IMG/VR virus record: IMGVR_UViG_2778261414_000014
DNA length: 15,714 bases
Strand: one strand, 5' to 3'
Source: a virus
Taxonomy: Duplodnaviria > Heunggongvirae > Uroviricota > Caudoviricetes
Below are positions 1-8,326 of this stretch, in pieces. The notes below the pieces were generated by a model that was given only the letters and a program-made list of their open reading frames with translations, was not told where the DNA came from and searched no databases. Position 1 is the stretch's first letter; each line of letters starts with the position of its first letter. Made by a program: the position numbers and the translations under genes.

Positions 1-33
1 TAAAGCTAAGTTCGGACTGAAAGGAGCAAGTGT

Positions 34-336
34 ATGACGGGCAAAGAGGCAATTATTCATTACCTGGGGACGCATAAGAGCTTCTGTGCACAGGACGTTG
101 CCGCGGTAACAGGTGCAACCGTAACCAGCATAAATCAGGCTGCGGCTAAAATGGCGCGGGCAGGAATCCTGGTCGTTGATGGTAAGGTCTGGCGAACGGT
201 GTATTACCGGTTCGCTACCAGAGAAGAACGGGAAGGAAAGGTGAGCACGAATCTGATTTTTAAGGAGTGTCGCCAGAGTGCCGCGATGAAACGGGTATTG
301 AGGGTATATAAAAGAACATCAATGGGTACACAATGA
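34..336 (+). CDS. ren: Ren-like protein (lambda ren homolog, 100 aa)
   Basis: ATG at 34 preceded by SD AAGGAG (21-26); stop TGA 334-336. Translation MTGKEAIIHYLGTH...ATREEREGK matches my recollection of lambda Ren almost along its full length. Position at the end of a replication region and upstream of nin-type genes fits lambda order. Confidence 0.7.
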   Translation: MTGKEAIIHYLGTHKSFCAQDVAAVTGATVTSINQAAAKMARAGILVVDGKVWRTVYYRFATREEREGKVSTNLIFKECRQSAAMKRVLRVYKRTSMGTQ

Positions 337-403
337 TGAAACAGGTGAGTTGAGTTCAAACTGTAGTACAATTCTCTCCAGTTTGAACAGGAAAGAATAT
401 TCT

Positions 404-736
404 ATGAACCCTTATATTTATCTTGGTGGTGCAATACTTGCAGAGGTCATTGGTACAACCTTAATGAAGTTTTCAGAAGGTTTTACACGGTTATGGCCAT
501 CTGTTGGTACAATTATTTGTTATTGTGCATCATTCTGGTTATTAGCTCAGACGCTGGCTTATATTCCTACAGGGATTGCTTATGCTATCTGGTCAGGAGT
601 CGGTATTGTCCTGATTAGCTTACTATCATGGGGGTTTTTCGGCCAACGGCTGGACCTGCCAGCCGTTATAGGCATGATGTTGATTTGTGCCGGTGTGTTG
701 GTTATTAATTTATTGTCACGAAGCACACCACATTAA
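404..736 (+). CDS. emrE: Small multidrug resistance (SMR) efflux transporter EmrE, 110 aa
   Basis: Track ORF 350-736 contains MNPYIYLGGAILAEVIGTTLMKFSEGF...LLSRSTPH, essentially identical to E. coli EmrE as I recall it. Start placed at the internal ATG at 404 (110 aa, the EmrE length) rather than the upstream in-frame ATG at 350. Four hydrophobic segments with conserved Glu in TM1. EmrE is known to lie in the DLP12 prophage of E. coli K-12. Confidence 0.9.
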   Translation: MNPYIYLGGAILAEVIGTTLMKFSEGFTRLWPSVGTIICYCASFWLLAQTLAYIPTGIAYAIWSGVGIVLISLLSWGFFGQRLDLPAVIGMMLICAGVLVINLLSRSTPH

Positions 737-980
737 AAATAATTTCTTTTAAAAGACTGCAATATGGCGGTTCATATCTTTACATGGGCCGCTTTTGTTA
801 ATGTTTTTAGTTTTTGTGTATTCTTTTGTGCCTTCAAGATTATTGCGTAAGCAAATTGCAATACGATTATTGTTGTATATTCAAGATAATGTGATCTTAA
901 TTGTCTTTTTAAATAAAAATTAAACAAAAATTATATCCCACCACTAAGGTTTATAAAAGCATACGTTAGCAGGTGTCACC

Positions 981-2108
981 ATGAAAAAAGCCATAGCATA
1001 TATGCGATTTTCATCACCAGGTCAGATGTCTGGCGACTCATTAAACCGACAGAGAAGACTTATTGCTGAATGGTTAAAGGTAAATAGTGATTATTATCTT
1101 GATACCATAACATATGAAGATTTAGGATTAAGTGCATTCAAAGGAAAGCATGCACAATCAGGAGCTTTTTCGGAATTTTTAGATGCTATAGAGCATGGTT
1201 ATATATTGCCAGGAACTACATTGTTAGTTGAAAGTCTGGACAGACTTTCAAGAGAAAAAGTCGGTGAAGCGATTGAACGTCTGAAATTGATTTTGAATCA
1301 CGGTATTGATGTTATAACTCTTTGCGACAATACAGTCTATAATATTGACTCTTTGAATGAGCCATATTCATTAATAAAAGCCATACTTATAGCACAAAGG
1401 GCAAATGAAGAAAGCGAGATAAAGTCAAGTCGGGTTAAATTATCATGGAAGAAAAAACGGCAGGATGCACTGGAATCAGGTACGATTATGACGGCGTCTT
1501 GTCCGAGATGGCTCTCCTTAGATGACAAAAGAACGGCTTTTGTTCCAGACCCCGACAGGGTGAAAACTATTGAGCTAATTTTTAAACTCAGGATGGAAAG
1601 GCGCTCATTGAATGCAATAGCCAAGTATTTAAATGATCATGCTGTAAAGAATTTCTCAGGAAAAGAAAGTGCATGGGGACCTTCTGTAATTGAAAAATTA
1701 TTAGCGAATAAAGCTCTGATAGGTATATGCGTACCTTCATATCGTGCAAGAGGGAAAGGGATAAGTGAAATCGCTGGCTATTATCCCAGAGTCATATCAG
1801 ATGATTTGTTTTACGCTGTACAGGAAATTCGGTTGGCACCTTTTGGTATTAGCAATAGTAGCAAGAATCCTATGCTAATAAATCTACTTCGAACAGTTAT
1901 GAAGTGTGAGGCTTGTGGTAATACCATGATTGTTCATGCGGTATCTGGAAGTTTGCATGGCTATTATGTTTGTCCGATGAGAAGATTACATCGATGTGAC
2001 AGGCCATCAATAAAGAGAGATTTGGTTGATTATAATATCATTAATGAATTTTTAATTGTAGCAAAATTCAACCAGTTGAAAACAAGAAAGATGCTAATGA
2101 AACTTTAG
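981..2108 (+). pseudogene. ybcK: Large serine recombinase (YbcK-like), N-terminal 375 aa; reading frame broken by a frameshift near 2046-2057
   Basis: N-terminus AIAYMRFSSPGQ carries the resolvase-type catalytic Ser motif; a central recombinase region and a Cys-rich zinc-ribbon-like stretch (CEACGN...YYVCPMRRLHRCD) follow. The ORF stops at TAG 2106-2108 after a short tail, while a second frame stays open from 2048 to 2503 and encodes the coiled-coil-like C-terminal part expected in large serine recombinases. Confidence 0.7.
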
Positions 2109-2503
2109 AGTTAAAAATTATTGAGCTTCAGATGAAAATTAATAATTTAATCGTTGCATTGTCTGTCGCGCCTGAAGTTACCGCTATAGCAGAGAAAATA
2201 AGACTATTAGATAAGGAATTACGAAGAGCTTTGGTATCATTGAAAACTTTGAAGAGTAAAGGTGTAAATTCATTCAGTGATTTTTATGCTATTGACTTAA
2301 CCAGTAAAAATGGACGAGAGTTATGCCGTACACTTGCCTATAAAATATTCGAAAAAATCATAATTAATACGGATAATAAAACCTGTGATATCTATTTTAT
2401 GAATGGCATTGTTTTTAAACACTATCCTTTAATGAAAGTAATATCCGCCCAGCAGGCGATAAGTGCTCTCAAATATATGGTTGATGGTGAGGTTTATTTT
2501 TGA
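2048..2503 (+). pseudogene. ybcK: C-terminal portion of the same serine recombinase, in a shifted frame (track ORF 2132-2503)
   Basis: This frame is open from the stop at 2045-2047 and reads IFNCSKIQPVENKKDANETLELKIIELQMKINNLIVAL... The two pieces together total about 505 aa, the expected size of a large serine recombinase. Restoring one T in the run at 2048-2052 (GAATTTTTAATT) would make one continuous ORF. Confidence 0.55.
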
Positions 2504-2622
2504 GTAATAATCACTTTTTCAACCGTGCTATGGTATGAAAGTAAAGTAACTACTATGATATTAACTATCGAGCAAGAATATCCCCAGGCACTCAACAGGG
2601 CGCAGGTCAACGTGAATCGGTC

Positions 2623-2814
2623 ATGACACGACACCGATTTTGCGGAATCAATGTTGCTTATGAATACAACATCCCGCTTAGTACATGTTCAACACATCAG
2701 CAAATTTTGAACTGGGTGTGGCACTTAACTGAAAAAACATGGATGACACAAAATGTTACTCGTCGCTTCATTGAAGTAGCTTGTGGATATCACAAGCTAG
2801 ACTATCGCCAATGA
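2623..2814 (+). CDS. Hypothetical small protein (63 aa), possibly a gene remnant
   Basis: ORF only; no convincing RBS and no similarity I recognise. Lies in a ~500 bp AT-rich spacer between the recombinase and ybcN. Confidence 0.2.
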   Translation: MTRHRFCGINVAYEYNIPLSTCSTHQQILNWVWHLTEKTWMTQNVTRRFIEVACGYHKLDYRQ

Positions 2815-2857
2815 TATTCAATTTTTGATTTTTTAGTATCAACCTTCCATAATAATG

Positions 2858-2886
2858 TCACCGGAGCTTGAACAACTCCGGTGACT
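2858..2886. other. Perfect 10-bp inverted repeat (GTCACCGGAG / CTCCGGTGAC) with a 9-nt loop
   Basis: Seen directly in the sequence. Weak T-content downstream (CTTCTG), so a possible terminator or protein-binding site. Confidence 0.3.
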
Positions 2887-3004
2887 TCTGCGCATTTAAG
2901 GGGACTTAAATGCGACCACAATCTGAACTCCTTACCTTGTCACAGATGCAGAAATGCACCTGCGATGTCTTGCATCCAGCGTTTGATCTCTGCGGAGGTG
3001 AAGC

Positions 3005-3460
3005 GTGAACCTCCCACAAGATGGCATCAAATTACATCGCGGTAACTTCACCGCTGTCGGTCAGCAGATCCAGACTTATCTGGAAGACGGCAAATGCTTT
3101 CGCATGGTGCTTAAACCGTGGCGCGAGAGACGCAGTCTTTCCCAGAATGCACTCAGCCACATGTGGTACAGCGAAATCAGTGAATACCTCATCAGCAGGG
3201 GGAAATCGTTCGCTACTTCAGCATGGGTAAAAGATGCTCTCAAACACACATACCTCGGTTATGAAACCAAGGACCTGGTTGATGTCGTAACCGGCGAAAT
3301 CACTACTATCCAGTCGTTACGCCATACCTCCGATCTTGGTACCGGAGAGATGTATGTCTTCCTGTGTAAGGTTGAAGCCTGGGCGATGAATATTGGCTGC
3401 CACCTGACTATTCCACAGAGCTGCGAGTTCCAGCTGCTGCGTGACAAGCAGGAGGCGTAA
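3005..3460 (+). CDS. ybcN: NinB/Orf-family recombination protein (YbcN-like, 151 aa)
   Basis: GTG start at 3005 with SD GGAGG at 2993-2997. Size and position (first nin-region gene) correspond to lambda NinB/Orf and to E. coli DLP12 YbcN. Followed by ninE with an overlapping stop/start (TAATG). Confidence 0.8.
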   Translation: MNLPQDGIKLHRGNFTAVGQQIQTYLEDGKCFRMVLKPWRERRSLSQNALSHMWYSEISEYLISRGKSFATSAWVKDALKHTYLGYETKDLVDVVTGEITTIQSLRHTSDLGTGEMYVFLCKVEAWAMNIGCHLTIPQSCEFQLLRDKQEA

Positions 3461-3630
3461 TGGCTACACCGCTTATTCGTGTCATGAACGGACACATCTA
3501 CAAAGTACCAAATCGTCGTAAGCGTAAACCTGAGCTGAAGCCATCCGAAATACCAACACTGCTCGGATATACCGCCAGCCTGGTTGATAAAAAATGGTTG
3601 CGACTGGCAGCAAGGAGGAATCATGGCTGA
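3460..3630 (+). CDS. ninE: NinE-like protein (56 aa)
   Basis: Not in the supplied track because it is under 60 aa. ATG 3460 overlaps the ybcN stop. I translated it by hand: [56 protein letters not shown]. Basic small protein in the canonical ninE position. Confidence 0.65.
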   Translation: MATPLIRVMNGHIYKVPNRRKRKPELKPSEIPTLLGYTASLVDKKWLRLAARRNHG

Positions 3631-3913
3631 TTTGAGAAAAGCAGCGCGTAGTCGGGAATGCCAAGTAAGAATCCCTGGCGTATGTAATGGCAACCCTGAA
3701 ACGTCTGTACTGGCACATATCCGGCTGACTGGATTGTGCGGCACCGGTACCAAACCGCCAGACTTGATTGCCACCATTGCATGTTCTGCCTGCCACGACG
3801 AAATCGACCGCCGCACACATTTTGTCGATGCTGCATATGCAAAAGAATGCGCGCTGGAAGGTATGGCGAGAACACAGGTTATCTGGCTGAAAGAGGGGGT
3901 TATTAAGGCGTGA
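3623..3913 (+). CDS. ybcO: YbcO-like nin-region protein (96 aa, Cys-rich, putative nuclease, DUF1364)
   Basis: ATG 3623 with strong SD AAGGAGG (3612-3618). The track ORF begins upstream at 3584 but the SD supports 3623. Translation [23 protein letters not shown]... has several Cys/His, as in the DLP12 ybcO product. Confidence 0.75.
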
Positions 3914-4272
3914 ATACCTACAGCATCACATTACCCTGGCCTCCGAGCAATAATCGCTACTACCGGCATAATCGCGGGCGCACGCACATCAGCGCAGAAG
4001 GGCAGGCATACCGTGATAACGTCGCCCGAATCATCAAAGGCTCCATGCTGGATATCGGCCTGGCTATGCCAGTGAAAATCCGTATTGAGTGCCACATGCC
4101 GGATCGCCGTCGCCGTGACCTGGATAATCTGCAAAAAGCCGCTTTTGACGCACTCACCAAAGCAGGTTTCTGGCTGGATGATGCTCAGGTCGTTGATTAC
4201 CGTGTTGTGAAGATGCCCGTTACCAAAGGTGGGAAGCTGGAGCTGACCATCACCGAACTGGGGAATGAATGA
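3910..4272 (+). CDS. rusA: Holliday junction resolvase RusA (120 aa)
   Basis: GTG start overlapping the ybcO stop. Translation [26 protein letters not shown]...[13 protein letters not shown]...[11 protein letters not shown] matches the RusA family (catalytic Asp-rich motif) and is nearly identical to E. coli RusA as I remember it. Confidence 0.9.
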
Positions 4273-4409
4273 TGTTTGAGTCTTATATGGCAGAACGTCT
4301 TCGCCACCGCTGGATGCGCCTGCGCTTATATCGTTTTCCTGGTTCTGTTTTGACCGATTACCGGATACTGAAGAATTACGCCAAAACACTGAAAGGAGCT
4401 GCCGCATGA
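4269..4409 (+). CDS. ylcG: YlcG-like small protein (46 aa)
   Basis: Under 60 aa so absent from the track. ATGATG start at 4269 overlaps the rusA stop; stop TGA 4407-4409 overlaps the start of the next gene. Hand translation [46 protein letters not shown]. Same rusA-ylcG-Q arrangement as in DLP12. Confidence 0.5.
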
Positions 4410-5095
4410 ATACCCAATATTTACAGTATGTCCGCGAGCAACTCATTGTGGCTACCGCTGATTTGAGCGGAGCAACGAAAGGACAGCTTGAAGCCTGGCT
4501 GGAGCATGCACAATTTGATACTGGTACATACAAACGAAAGAAGCCGCGCATTCTGGATGAGGTAACTGGCAGGATGATTACGCTGGATAATCCGCCGATT
4601 TCCGGTAAGCAGTCGTACGCAAAAGGTTCATCCATTGCACTGGTCAGCCAGGTTGAGTTCTCAACCTCGTCATGGCGCCGCGCGGTTCTGTCTCTCGAAG
4701 AACATCAGAAAGCGTGGTTGCTGTGGAGTTACAGCGAAAGTGTTCGCTGGGAACATCAGGTCACCATAACGCAGTGGGCATGGAGCGAGTTTAAGACTCT
4801 GTTGGGTACCAGGAAAATTGCAGGTAAGACACTGGAACGTTTGAAGAAGTTGATCTGGCTGGCGGCACAGGATGTGAAGAACGAGCTGGCAGGGCGTAAG
4901 ACCTATGAATACCAGGAGCTGGCATCACTGGTGGGAGTGACATCAAAAAACTGGTCTGAGACATTTACTGAACGCTGGGTTGCAATGAAACACATTTTTC
5001 TACAGCTTGATAGCCAAGCTTTATTGCTTTTAACGAAAACACGTTCAAAACAAAAGACCACATTTTCACAGCAAGATATTGCAAAACTGGATTAA
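4406..5095 (+). CDS. Putative late-gene antiterminator Q (229 aa), assigned mainly by position
   Basis: ATG 4406 with SD AAGGAG (4392-4397); translationally coupled to ylcG (ATGA). Sits exactly where lambdoid phages carry Q: after rusA/ylcG and before a terminator-rich leader and the lysis cassette. It does not resemble lambda Q or the short Q21-type proteins that I can recall, so the family is unassigned. Confidence 0.5.
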   Translation: MNTQYLQYVREQLIVATADLSGATKGQLEAWLEHAQFDTGTYKRKKPRILDEVTGRMITLDNPPISGKQSYAKGSSIALVSQVEFSTSSWRRAVLSLEEHQKAWLLWSYSESVRWEHQVTITQWAWSEFKTLLGTRKIAGKTLERLKKLIWLAAQDVKNELAGRKTYEYQELASLVGVTSKNWSETFTERWVAMKHIFLQLDSQALLLLTKTRSKQKTTFSQQDIAKLD

Positions 5096-5163
5096 AAATC
5101 ATATATTTTATGTAAATCTGATATTTTGCCAATGTTGTACGCACTGGCAGTAATCCAAATTCA

Positions 5164-5200
5164 AGCCCGAGGTTTAAAGCCTTGGGCTTTTCTGTTTCTG
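5164..5200 (+). terminator. Intrinsic terminator 1 in the Q-lysis intergenic leader (tR'-like)
   Basis: Stem AAGCCCGAGG (5164-5173) pairs with CCTTGGGCTT (5181-5190), one G-U wobble, 7-nt loop, followed by TTCTGTTTCTG. Confidence 0.6.
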
Positions 5201-5276
5201 AACGGTGAGTAGCCTTCCAACCTACCCCAGCCAGGGGGTCTTCAGCTGTTGAGTTGATATTGCTTAGCCCTCTGTT

Positions 5277-5302
5277 GCCAGCTACATGCTGGCTTTTTTA
5301 TT
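5277..5302 (+). terminator. Intrinsic terminator 2 in the Q-lysis intergenic leader
   Basis: Perfect stem GCCAGC (5277-5282) / GCTGGC (5288-5293), loop TACAT, followed by TTTTTTATT (5294-5302). Confidence 0.7.
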
Positions 5303-5404
5303 CCAGGCTTGTGGGGAGCATCAACTCCGTGCTTTGTCGTTAAATTACCCCGTGAGCCTGATTTCTGACATTTAACGTCCCGGCCTTTTGTCGGCGGCGA
5401 AACA

Positions 5405-5722
5405 TTGGCTATTCATATGCACGAAAAAGAGAGCCTTGCCGGAGCGTTCTGGCTCGTTTTGCTGATCATCGCAGGTTGGGGCGGTCTGGTCCGCTACCTG
5501 ATAGATGTGAAGCAGAGTAAAGCAACGTGGAGTTGGATAAATGCTCTGGCTCAAATAGTGGTATCAGGATTCACCGGTGTTATTGGTGGCCTGATCAGCA
5601 TCGAAAGTGGATTCAGTATTTACATGATTCTCGCGACAGCGGGGATTAGTGGTGCGATGGGTTCGGTTGCACTGACGTACTTCTGGGAACGACTGACAGG
5701 GGTGAAAAATGCAAAATCTTAA
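5405..5722 (+). CDS. Holin with three predicted transmembrane segments; possible dual start (TTG 5405 / ATG 5417)
   Basis: Three hydrophobic stretches (AGAFWLVLLIIAGWGGLV, WINALAQIVVSGFTGVIGGLI, FSIYMILATAGISGAMGSVAL) and a charged C-terminus ([11 protein letters not shown]); immediately precedes and overlaps the endolysin gene. The first ATG is at 5417 (101 aa); the track uses TTG at 5405 (105 aa). Confidence 0.75.
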   Translation: MAIHMHEKESLAGAFWLVLLIIAGWGGLVRYLIDVKQSKATWSWINALAQIVVSGFTGVIGGLISIESGFSIYMILATAGISGAMGSVALTYFWERLTGVKNAKS

Positions 5723-6185
5723 TCCTCAGCGTAAAGCCTTCCTCGATATGTTGGCGTGGTCAGAAGGAACGGATAACGGGCGACAACCGACACGTAACCA
5801 CGGTTATGATGTTATTGTTGGCGGCGAACTGTTTACTGATTACTCCGATCACCCTCGCAAACTTGTCACGCTACACCCCAAACTCAAATCAACAGCCGCC
5901 GGACGTTATCAGCTTCTTTCACGCTGGTGGGATGCTTACCGTAAACAGCTTGGTTTGAAAGACTTCTCCCCCAAAAGCCAGGACGCAGTGGCATTGCAGC
6001 AGATTAAAGAGCGTGGTGCTTTACCTATGATTGATCGCGGTGATATCCGTCAGGCAATCGACCGTTGCAGTAATATCTGGGCTTCACTGCCGGGCGCTGG
6101 TTATGGTCAGTTCGAGCATAAGGCTGACAGCCTGATTGCAAAATTCAAAGAAGCTGGCGGAACGGTCAGAGAGAGTGAGGTATGA
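5709..6185 (+). CDS. R: Endolysin, lambda R-type lytic transglycosylase (158 aa)
   Basis: Translation ...[145 protein letters not shown] is nearly identical to lambda R as I recall it. Start overlaps the holin 3' end. Confidence 0.92.
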   Translation: MQNLNPQRKAFLDMLAWSEGTDNGRQPTRNHGYDVIVGGELFTDYSDHPRKLVTLHPKLKSTAAGRYQLLSRWWDAYRKQLGLKDFSPKSQDAVALQQIKERGALPMIDRGDIRQAIDRCSNIWASLPGAGYGQFEHKADSLIAKFKEAGGTVRESEV

Positions 6186-6643
6186 GCAGAATAACCGCGA
6201 TTATCTCCGCTCTGCTCATCTGCATCATCGTCTGCCTGTCATGGGCTGTTAATCATTACCGTGATAACGCCATTACCTACAAAGCCCAGCGCGACAAAAA
6301 TGCCAGAGAACTGAAGCTGGCGAACGTGGCAATTACTGACATGCAGATGCGTCAGCGTGATGTTGCTGCGCTCGATGCAAAATACACGAAGGAGTTAGCT
6401 GATGCGAAAGCTGAAAATGATGCTCTGCATGATGATGTTGCCGCTGGTCGTCGTCGGTTGCACATCAAAGCAGTCTGTCAGTCAGTGCGTGAAGCCACCA
6501 CCGCCTCCGGCGTGGATAATGCAGCCTCCCCCCGACTGGCAGACACCGCTGAACGGGATTATTTCACCCTCAGAGAGAGGCTGATCACTATGCAAAAACA
6601 ACTGGAAGGAACCCAGAAGTATATTAATGAGCAGTGCAGATAG
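6182..6643 (+). CDS. Rz: Spanin inner-membrane subunit Rz (153 aa)
   Basis: ATG overlaps the R stop (ATGA). N-terminal transmembrane segment followed by a coiled-coil-like periplasmic domain; same length as lambda Rz and high similarity to it. Confidence 0.88.
   Translation: MSRITAIISALLICIIVCLSWAVNHYRDNAITYKAQRDKNARELKLANVAITDMQMRQRDVAALDAKYTKELADAKAENDALHDDVAAGRRRLHIKAVCQSVREATTASGVDNAASPRLADTAERDYFTLRERLITMQKQLEGTQKYINEQCR
6402..6584 (+). CDS. Rz1: Spanin outer-membrane lipoprotein subunit Rz1 (60 aa), embedded in Rz in the +1 frame
   Basis: Translation [60 protein letters not shown] has a lipobox (VVGC) and a proline-rich mature part, almost identical to lambda Rz1. Confidence 0.85.
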   Translation: MRKLKMMLCMMMLPLVVVGCTSKQSVSQCVKPPPPPAWIMQPPPDWQTPLNGIISPSERG

Positions 6644-6668
6644 AGCTGCCCATATCGATGGGCAGCTC
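6643..6668. terminator. Near-perfect palindrome between convergent Rz and bor (putative bidirectional terminator)
   Basis: GAGCTGCCC (6643-6651) pairs with GGGCAGCTC (6660-6668); the 8-nt loop contains ATCGAT. No clean T-tract on either side, so terminator function is uncertain. Confidence 0.4.
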
Positions 6669-6674
6669 ATGCAA

Positions 6675-6968
6675 TTATTGTGAGCAATACACACGCGCTT
6701 CCAGCGGAGTATAAATGCCTAAAGTAATAAAACCGAGCAATCCATTTACGAATGTTTGCTGGGTTTCTGTTTTAACAACATTTTCTGCGCCGCCACAAAT
6801 TTTAGCTGCATCGACAGTTTTCTTCTGCCCAATTCCAGAGACGAAGAAATGGTGGGTGATGGTTTCCTTTGGTGTTACTGCTGCCGGTTTGTTTTGAACA
6901 GTAAACGTCTGTTGGGCACATCCTGTAATAAGCAGGGCCAGCGCAGTAGCGAGTAGCATTTTTTTCAT
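6675..6968 (-). CDS. bor: Bor outer-membrane lipoprotein (serum-resistance moron, 97 aa)
   Basis: Translation MKKMLLATALALLITGCAQQTFTVQNKPAAVTPKETITHHFFVSGIGQKK... has a signal peptide and lipobox (ITGC) and is near-identical to lambda Bor. Opposite strand to the lysis genes, as in lambda. Confidence 0.92.
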   Translation of the reverse strand: MKKMLLATALALLITGCAQQTFTVQNKPAAVTPKETITHHFFVSGIGQKKTVDAAKICGGAENVVKTETQQTFVNGLLGFITLGIYTPLEARVYCSQ

Positions 6969-7101
6969 GGTGTTATTCCCGATGCTTTTTAAAGTTCGCA
7001 GAATCGTATGTGTAGAAAATTAAACAAACCCTAAACAATGAGTTGAAATCTCATATTGTTAATATTTATTAATGTATGTCAGATGCGAAGGATCGTCACT
7101 G

Positions 7102-7167
7102 TATTCCCGGATTAACTATGTCCGCAGCCCTGACAGGGAAACTCCTCTGCGGGAGTGTCCGGGAATA
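7102..7167. other. Nested inverted-repeat structure (9-bp outer stem, 6-bp inner stem) in the bor-ybcV intergenic region
   Basis: Outer TATTCCCGG (7102-7110) / CCGGGAATA (7159-7167); inner CCGCAG (7122-7127) / CTGCGG (7147-7152); CCCTG.CAGGG in between. No flanking T-tract. Confidence 0.35.
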
Positions 7168-7259
7168 ATTAATAACGATGCACACAGGGTTTAGCGCGTA
7201 CACGTATTGCATTATGCCAACGCCCCGGTGCTGACACGGAAGAAACCGGACGTGATGAT

Positions 7260-7670
7260 TTAGCGTGGAAAGATTTGTGTAGTGTTCTGAATGCTCTCAG
7301 TAAATAGTAATGAATTATCAAAGGCATAGTAATATCTTTTATGTTCGTGGATATTTGTAACCCATCGGAAAACTCCTGCTTTAGCAAGATTTTCCCTGTA
7401 TTGCTGAAATGTGATTTCTCTTGATTTCAACCTATCATAGGACGTTTCTATAAGATGCGTATTTCTTGAGAATTTAACATTCACAACCTTTTTAAGTCCT
7501 TTTATTAACACAGTGTTATCGTTTTCTAACACAATGTGAATATTATCTGTGGCTAGATAGTAAATATAATGTGAGACATTGTGACGTTTTAGTTCAGAAT
7601 AAAACAATTCACAGTTTAAATCTTTTCGCACTTGATCGAATATTTCTTTAAAAATGGCAACCTGAGCCAT
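7260..7670 (-). CDS. ybcV: DUF1398-family small protein (YbcV/YdfO-like, 136 aa)
   Basis: Track ORF 7260-7793 extends to an upstream TTG. The ATG at 7670 has a good SD (GGAAGG, 8-nt spacer) and gives 136 aa. The C-terminal half (...[34 protein letters not shown]...[48 protein letters not shown]) matches my memory of E. coli YdfO/YbcV. AT-rich. Confidence 0.7.
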   Translation of the reverse strand: MAQVAIFKEIFDQVRKDLNCELFYSELKRHNVSHYIYYLATDNIHIVLENDNTVLIKGLKKVVNVKFSRNTHLIETSYDRLKSREITFQQYRENLAKAGVFRWVTNIHEHKRYYYAFDNSLLFTESIQNTTQIFPR

Positions 7671-7955
7671 TGGTAAAACCTTCCATGTGATACGAGGGCG
7701 CGTAGTTTGCATTATCGTTTTTATCGTTTCAATCTGGTCTGACCTCTTTGTGTTTTGTTGATGATTTATGTCAAATATTAGGAATGTTTTCAATTAATAG
7801 TATTGGTTGCGTAACAAAGTGCGGTCCTGCTGGCATTCTGGAGGGAAATACAACCGACAGATGTATGTAAGGCCAACGTGCTCAAATCTTCATACAGAAA
7901 GATTTGAAGTAATATTTTAACCGCTAGATGAAGAGCAAGCGCATGGAGCGACAAA

Positions 7956-8162
7956 ATGAATAAAGAACAATCTGCTGATGATCCCTCCGTGGATCTGATT
8001 CGTGTAAAAAATATGCTTAATAGCACCATTTCTATGAGTTACCCTGATGTTGTAATTGCATGTATAGAACATAAGGTGTCTCTGGAAGCATTCAGGGCAA
8101 TTGAGGCAGCGTTGGTGAAGCACGATAATAATATGAAGGATTATTCCCTGGTGGTTGACTGA
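7956..8162 (+). CDS. ybcW: Hypothetical small protein (YbcW-like, 68 aa)
   Basis: ATG 7956 with SD GGAG (7943-7946, 9-nt spacer). AT-rich, divergent from ybcV. Same size and location as DLP12 ybcW. Two antisense track ORFs overlap it but lack an RBS. Confidence 0.55.
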
Positions 8163-8326
8163 TCACCATAACTGCTAATCATTCAAACTACTTAACCTGT
8201 GACAGAGCCAACACGCAGTCTGTCACTGTCAGGAAAGTGGTAAAACTGCAACTCAATTACTGCAATGCCCTCGTAATTAAGTGAATTTACAATATCGTCC
8301 TGTTCGGAGGGAAGAACGCGGGATGT

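Noticed and set aside
350-403. 18-codon N-terminal extension of emrE (track ORF 350-736)
   Set aside because: EmrE is 110 aa starting MNPYIYLGG; the extension is not part of the known protein.
3259-4635. - strand ORFs of 185, 112, 84, 234 and 66 aa, and + ORF 3021-3230, overlapping ybcN, ninE, ybcO, rusA and the Q-position gene
   Set aside because: Antisense or out of frame to a tightly packed, translationally coupled nin-region operon with good RBSs; no start-site support.
5200-5400. Possible tRNA gene between the Q-position gene and the holin (common in some lambdoid phages)
   Set aside because: I could not find a cloverleaf-compatible arrangement (acceptor stem plus T-arm GTTC-like motif) by eye; no tRNA called. 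A tRNA scan would be decisive.
6402-6694. 70-aa - strand ORF 6482-6694 overlapping Rz/Rz1 and the Rz-bor spacer
   Set aside because: Antisense to the well-supported Rz and Rz1 genes. Rz1, which is genuinely embedded in the + strand, already accounts for the second coding frame here.
7671-7793. N-terminal extension of ybcV to 177 aa (TTG start at 7793)
   Set aside because: The internal ATG at 7670 has a strong SD and yields the 136-aa length expected for this family; the extension starts at TTG without an RBS.
7790-8123. Two - strand ORFs (79 and 68 aa) overlapping ybcW
   Set aside because: The + strand ybcW ORF has a proper SD and ATG and matches a known DLP12 small gene in size and position; the antisense ORFs lack RBSs. 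Not fully excluded, since all are short.
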